Positions 46,408 to 50,856 of a stretch of 50,856 nt of DNA are shown here, in pieces. Positions within the stretch are counted from its first letter, which is position 1; each line of letters opens with the position of its first letter. The position numbers and the translations under genes were made by a program. Origin of the DNA: Candidatus Thorarchaeota archaeon (GTDB taxonomy: Archaea > Asgardarchaeota > Thorarchaeia > Thorarchaeales > Thorarchaeaceae); assembly GCA_004524435.1 (NCBI GenBank), contig SDNO01000001.1, positions 1-50,856 of the forward strand, written 5' to 3'. The notes under the pieces are model-generated. The model was not told the DNA's origin and ran no database searches. It was given only the letters and a program-made list of their open reading frames with translations.

Positions 46408-47808
46408 ATGTCCAAAAAAACATCTATCACTTATCGTACAGTTTCAGACATTAGCGGTCCGCTACTTATAATTGAAAACACTCACGATGTTGCTTACAAT
46501 GAGGTCGTCAAGATTCGAGCTCCCGATGGGCGACTACTGACAGGAACAGTCTTGGAGACCGGTCGTGGGAAGGCTGTTATTCAGGTGTTTGAGGGAACCA
46601 CAGGTCTCGATACTGATGAAACAGCAGTCAGATTCACGGGAGAAACTCTGAAGCTGCAAGTATCCACTGAAATACTGGGGCGAGTACTAGATGGATCCGG
46701 TAACCCGCTGGACAAGGGGCCTCCCCTGACTTCAGAGGACCGCTGGGATATCCACGGTTCTCCAATCAATCCCTATGCTCGACAGTATCCAAGGCAGCCA
46801 ATACAGACTGGCCTCTCCGTCATAGATGGTCTGAATACCCTTGTGCGAGGCCAGAAGCTCCCGATTTTCTCAGGCTCTGGTCTTCCACACAACCGTATTG
46901 CGGCCCAGATTGTCAGACAGGCGAACATTCCAGGAGAAGAGGCTGACTTCGCCATAGTGTTTGCTGCCATGGGCATAACTGCTACAGAAGCTCAGTACTT
47001 CATGAAGTCTTTCGAAGAAACAGGTGCATTGGAACATACAACACTATTTCTGAACCTAGCCAACGATCCTGCTATAGAACGGATCATCACGCCAAGGGCT
47101 GCACTGACTGCAGCAGAATACTTGGCCTACGAGTCTGACATGCACGTACTGGTCATTCTCACAGATATGACTAACTATGCTGAAGCTCTTCGCGAGATTA
47201 GTGCTGCTCGCTCGGAAGTTCCCGGAAGAAGAGGATACCCCGGCTATCTCTATACGGATCTTAGTCTCATCTATGAACGGGCCGGACGAATCCATGGCCG
47301 AAAGGGCACAATAACCCAGATGCCTATTCTCTCTATGCCTCAGGATGATATGACCCACCCCATTCCAGACCTCTCTGGATATATCACTGAGGGACAGCTT
47401 CCCTTGAGTAGGAGCCTACACAGAAGAGGTATCTATCCCCCGATAGATCCTGGTCCGTCATTAAGCAGGTTGATGAAAGAGGGCATTGGTAAAGGCATGA
47501 CAAGATTCGATCATCAAGAGGTACAGGCCCACCTCTATTATGCCTATTCGGAGGGCCGTGATTTAAGAGACCTAGTTGCCGTCGTTGGATCGGAGGCTCT
47601 CACCCAGCGGGATCAGAAGTATCTCCATTTCGCTGATCGATTTGAAGAGGAGTTCATAAACCAAGGAGAGCATGAAGACAGGTCATTCGAGGAAACCCTT
47701 GACATTGGGTGGGGTCTTCTCAGCGAGTTCCCAGAACGTGAACTCAAACGGTGTGAACCCGCAACAATCGAATGGGCAAAGAACAAGGGTGTCTACATTC
47801 CTGCCTAG
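46408..47808 (+). CDS. atpB: A-type ATP synthase subunit B
   Basis: Full-length match to the A/V-type B subunit (e.g. [29 protein letters not shown]). Confidence 0.97.
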   Translation: MSKKTSITYRTVSDISGPLLIIENTHDVAYNEVVKIRAPDGRLLTGTVLETGRGKAVIQVFEGTTGLDTDETAVRFTGETLKLQVSTEILGRVLDGSGNPLDKGPPLTSEDRWDIHGSPINPYARQYPRQPIQTGLSVIDGLNTLVRGQKLPIFSGSGLPHNRIAAQIVRQANIPGEEADFAIVFAAMGITATEAQYFMKSFEETGALEHTTLFLNLANDPAIERIITPRAALTAAEYLAYESDMHVLVILTDMTNYAEALREISAARSEVPGRRGYPGYLYTDLSLIYERAGRIHGRKGTITQMPILSMPQDDMTHPIPDLSGYITEGQLPLSRSLHRRGIYPPIDPGPSLSRLMKEGIGKGMTRFDHQEVQAHLYYAYSEGRDLRDLVAVVGSEALTQRDQKYLHFADRFEEEFINQGEHEDRSFEETLDIGWGLLSEFPERELKRCEPATIEWAKNKGVYIPA

Positions 47809-47825
47809 CATACCACAGTCATGTA

Positions 47826-47847
47826 GTCAATCCCTGATTGGGTTGAC
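47826..47847 (+). terminator. 8-bp hairpin downstream of atpB
   Basis: GTCAATCC-(6 nt)-GGGTTGAC with one G-U pair, 18 nt after the atpB stop. Confidence 0.3.
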
Positions 47848-47888
47848 TTATCAGCCCATCCAAGTTTCTACCCGTAAGAATCGAATCG

Positions 47889-48626
47889 GTGCTGGCATTG
47901 AAGCTTTGCATTGTTGACAGCTGTGGAAAACGGAAACTAAAGACATCTGATGACATGCCAGATTGTAGTGCTCTTGATTCAAAAGATGCAGTGGCTCTTT
48001 GGAGAAGTCGCCTATCGCATGAATCTGTCCAAGCAAGGGTGATGTATCGCGGTAGTCAACATAGAGCGATTGTAAGGGCTGTAGATCTTCTTCGAGAGGT
48101 AGAGGGCGTACACGTGGACCTCTTCATCATCTCAGCTGGGTTTGGTCTTCTCAAAGAACATGATTCGGTTCCTCCGTATGACTGCAGCTTCAACGAACTG
48201 AGAAAAGAGGAGATTCTCTTACGGTCGGAGATGCTAGAGATCCCTGCTAGCTTCCAGCTTATCTGTGAGGACGACTACGATCTCATCTACTTGGCTCTCG
48301 GGAAGAAGTACCTCACCGCACTAGGGTCTGCTTGGCTTGCAGCGACAAATGGTCTTGTCGTCGCATTCGATGACAGGTTCCCTAAGGAGCACACACTCTT
48401 CCTCCCAGCAAATAGTCAGACCGTAAAGGCATTCTCGAATGCAGGCCATAAGATACATGGTGTTGTGGGATTCAAGGGCGACCTCCTTCGAATCATGGCT
48501 GAATATGCAATCGAAACAGAAGCCCCTCGAGCCGAGATTATGAATTGGTCTGTATCTAAGCATTTGACCCAGTTGTTCAAGGCTCTCACTGACAAATCTG
48601 TTTTTGGCATTCGAACTAGACTGTGA
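47889..48626 (+). CDS. Hypothetical protein (DUF6884-like motif set)
   Basis: IVDSCGKRK ... MYRGSQHRA ... LFIISAGFGLLKEHDSVPPYDCSF resembles the CxxKK / YxG / SAxxGL..PYD pattern I associate with DUF6884. GTG start. Confidence 0.6.
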   Translation: MLALKLCIVDSCGKRKLKTSDDMPDCSALDSKDAVALWRSRLSHESVQARVMYRGSQHRAIVRAVDLLREVEGVHVDLFIISAGFGLLKEHDSVPPYDCSFNELRKEEILLRSEMLEIPASFQLICEDDYDLIYLALGKKYLTALGSAWLAATNGLVVAFDDRFPKEHTLFLPANSQTVKAFSNAGHKIHGVVGFKGDLLRIMAEYAIETEAPRAEIMNWSVSKHLTQLFKALTDKSVFGIRTRL

Positions 48627-49485
48627 GTCTACCCACTTCTTTGTCCCCACTATCTCTGATACCCTTCTCACAGTTGTCATAGTGGACTATGGCCCTGATC
48701 TTTCTCTTAGTTTCAGATTTCGCCCCCCTCAGGCGAACAACAATCTCTTTCTCGTAGGGCTCGGCTGACAAGGATGCTTGAAGGAATCCAACCTCAATTC
48801 TGCTTTCATCCGGTTTCCAGATACATCCCTCCACGTCTTCTACTGACAGTCCAGCATCCAAATCCAGTTCAATCTCAACGTTCTGATACGGGTGTGTGAA
48901 TTCATTGACAAGGCCGATTATAATCATTGTATAGTTCTTGGATTTGCGCTCCTCCCTTTTTACGGGATTGACTTCGGGTGCTCTGTACTGCCCTTTCCTG
49001 CTCTCTCTGTTTCGGGATTCCTCGTATTCTCTTCGTCTTTCCTCTGATACCTCAGTCATACCCTCATAGGGCCCCTCCTCCAGTTTGTGGGGCTCCTCGG
49101 AGAAACCGATCAACGTCTTGAATGCTGACAACTTGACCAGATTGAGCTTTCCGTCGGATAGGCCTCTTGCTTCTTCTTCTTGTCGTACTACATCTACTAT
49201 CTCACTTCGAATTACACTAGTCTTGATGCCATCAAGACTCTCTCCCTTCTGGAGTTTCTCCATCAATTCGCCCACGAAGGACACGATCTCGCGTGCAGTC
49301 TCTAACCTGTCCTTGTTCTCCTCAAACCATTTCTTTCTCGTAGTCCTGGCATAGTTATAGGGTCCAAATGACCTACATACCTCCTGCCACACCTGCAGAT
49401 CCAAGGTGGCCAAAGCCTCCTGTACCTCTCTTCTGAGACTCTTTCTTTCTGTTTCTGTGAGTGAATCTCTCTTTCTTCTGGGCAC
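48616..49485 (-). CDS. Hypothetical protein with a basic/helical N-half, a charged linker and a beta-rich C-terminal domain
   Basis: 289-aa ORF with no recognisable motif. Confidence 0.65.
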   Translation of the reverse strand: MPRRKRDSLTETERKSLRREVQEALATLDLQVWQEVCRSFGPYNYARTTRKKWFEENKDRLETAREIVSFVGELMEKLQKGESLDGIKTSVIRSEIVDVVRQEEEARGLSDGKLNLVKLSAFKTLIGFSEEPHKLEEGPYEGMTEVSEERRREYEESRNRESRKGQYRAPEVNPVKREERKSKNYTMIIIGLVNEFTHPYQNVEIELDLDAGLSVEDVEGCIWKPDESRIEVGFLQASLSAEPYEKEIVVRLRGAKSETKRKIRAIVHYDNCEKGIRDSGDKEVGRLTV

Positions 49486-49707
49486 AGTATCTTGCCTCCC
49501 CTCCCGGAGTACAATGCTAAGAGCACAGTCTGTTTTCCGACAGACGGCTGAATCTTTACAGATTATGGTCTAGCTGTCACAATATAAACTGCCATCAGTG
49601 TGCTGCTTTGATGAATTCGAAGAGAAGAGCCGTAGATTTCAGACTTCTGTATCATTTCATACCGAAATCGGAAAACGACTCGGTTGTCCGGTTCTAGAAG
49701 AATGATA

Positions 49708-50067
49708 CTATTCATCTAAGCCAAACCGGAGATAGTGCCCCTTCTCTTTCTTGGTCCCAAAGCTTCGAAGCCCTTCGTTTCTCAGTTGCTTCTTCATCTC
49801 TCGAGCATCAGAGCTGTTCAGCTCGCCTTGCTTAACTAAGTAGTCAATAATCTCACGGGCCTGAGACGCCGTGTCACATCTTCGGATGTAGTCAACGGCA
49901 TCTGGGAGGAAAGTCTTCTCTTTCTGCTCTTCCGAATCTGACTTGGCCGGCATATCACGACGCACTCCATCTATCCTTCTCTTTTGGGTTTCCCCATTCC
50001 GGAGCTCCTTGCTCAATGCTGGAAATGTATCTTCGAAGTCTTTGTTCATAGGCATCCAATGCACCAA
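49708..50067 (-). CDS. Small hypothetical protein
   Basis: 119-aa ORF. The C-terminal half is helical (AVDYIRRCDTASQAREIIDYLVKQGELNSSDAREMKKQL). No family assigned. Confidence 0.55.
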   Translation of the reverse strand: MVHWMPMNKDFEDTFPALSKELRNGETQKRRIDGVRRDMPAKSDSEEQKEKTFLPDAVDYIRRCDTASQAREIIDYLVKQGELNSSDAREMKKQLRNEGLRSFGTKKEKGHYLRFGLDE

Positions 50068-50151
50068 TCTCTGAGTTGGGTCCGAAGGTCGATTTTCACA
50101 ACAACTTCCTCCTCAGACACTTATAACAGCTATCCCGATGGTACTTGCCGG

Positions 50152-50856
50152 CTACGTTTGGATGAATGCCCAAGGCAAATCGCCCTGTAGTCGTTCATCA
50201 TCATTCGCCAAAGAGAAGAAATCGGTTCTCATTTCCCTCTCAGCCCTTCTCCACCCCGCCAAACCTCCATACTTGGACGCAGCAACGATGACCTCTCCTG
50301 TCGATTCTTCCCCTAGGGACAGAGCAGCCTGAATGCGTGCAGATCTTGGATCGAGTGCTTCAAAATCAGCTCGAGACACACTCTTCAACCCAGACTCGAC
50401 AATCTTCAGTTTCCTACGTACCTCTTCTAGAGGCGGCTGTGGTGACCGCTGTAATGTAGTATTTGCCTTCGGGATAAAGGGATTGACGCTCACAGTGACA
50501 ATCAAGTTGGTTGACTCTGTGATTCTCTGAACCAAAGTTGATATCGCTTCCACGTCCTCGTCAGCCTCAGTGGGCAAACCTATGATGAAGTATAGCTTGA
50601 GATACCTGATTCCGGCGCTCTCCGCTAGCTTTGCTGCATGTAGGATATCCTCATCATCAAGTCCCTTGTGCATCCGGTTCCTAAGCTCCTGAGATCCCGT
50701 TTCTGGTGCGATAGTCAGTGTACGTTGCCCTCCCTTAACGAGGCTGTTCAAGAGAGATTCAGATACTGAGTCTGCACGTAACGAAGGTGCGGAAAGGTCT
50801 AGGCCTTTTTCGACTATCCAGGTTGTGAATTCTTCGAGTCTGTCCATATCTCCCAG
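50152..50856 (-). CDS. Radical SAM-superfamily protein, C-terminal part (N-terminus beyond the window)
   Basis: TIAPETGSQELRNRMHKGLDDEDILHAAKLAESAGIRYLKLYFIIGLPTEADEDVE is the typical radical-SAM TIM-barrel core. The frame stays open to the window edge. Confidence 0.75.
   Translation of the reverse strand: MGDMDRLEEFTTWIVEKGLDLSAPSLRADSVSESLLNSLVKGGQRTLTIAPETGSQELRNRMHKGLDDEDILHAAKLAESAGIRYLKLYFIIGLPTEADEDVEAISTLVQRITESTNLIVTVSVNPFIPKANTTLQRSPQPPLEEVRRKLKIVESGLKSVSRADFEALDPRSARIQAALSLGEESTGEVIVAASKYGGLAGWRRAEREMRTDFFSLANDDERLQGDLPWAFIQT

Noticed and set aside
1-50856. CRISPR arrays, IS/transposase or integrase genes, rRNA genes, prophage-like regions
   Set aside because: I saw no regularly spaced direct repeats, no transposase or integrase motifs in any ORF, and no rRNA-like sequence on either strand. 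The tRNA genes are not flanked by integrase-like ORFs.

Overview
This is a dense archaeal chromosomal segment with about 56 protein genes on both strands, one complete tRNA-Glu and one tRNA fragment at the left edge. I found no rRNA, CRISPR array or recognisable mobile element.

The archaeal assignment rests on these gene families:
- A-type ATPase subunits F, A and B, and SRP54
- Ribosomal proteins S8e, L35Ae and L10e
- Deoxyhypusine synthase, a DRG GTPase, TrmY and an NFACT/Rqc2 homologue
- An smc-scpA-scpB operon
- ADP-forming acetyl-CoA synthetase, a two-subunit class I fumarase and AMMECR1

Many starts are GTG or TTG and follow GGAGG/GGTGA-type Shine-Dalgarno motifs. I used those motifs to move several starts away from the longest-ORF coordinates.

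Most of the window is housekeeping. The exception is 24.9-29.2 kb. It holds four Roadblock/LC7 paralogues, an MglA-family small GTPase, and a 545-aa protein built like a eukaryotic Sec23/Sec24 COPII subunit without the gelsolin domain (N-terminal strand, Zn finger, vWA 'trunk', beta-sandwich, helical tail). Together with the rest of the gene set this suggests an Asgard (Thorarchaeia-like) genome. That taxonomic call is inference only.

Secondary points of interest:
- An EMC6-like small membrane protein
- A protein made of four tandem AAA+-lid-like helical repeats
- A soluble TfrAB-type fumarate reductase (SdhB fused to an HdrD-like CCG module) next to the fumarase
- An atpF-atpA...atpB block interrupted by a uracil-DNA glycosylase and a membrane protein
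- A DRG GTPase with non-canonical G3 and G4 motifs
- A block of uncharacterised genes at the right end

All functional calls come from reading motifs in the translated ORFs. No database search was run, so family names are recognitions rather than measured hits, and start codons are provisional.
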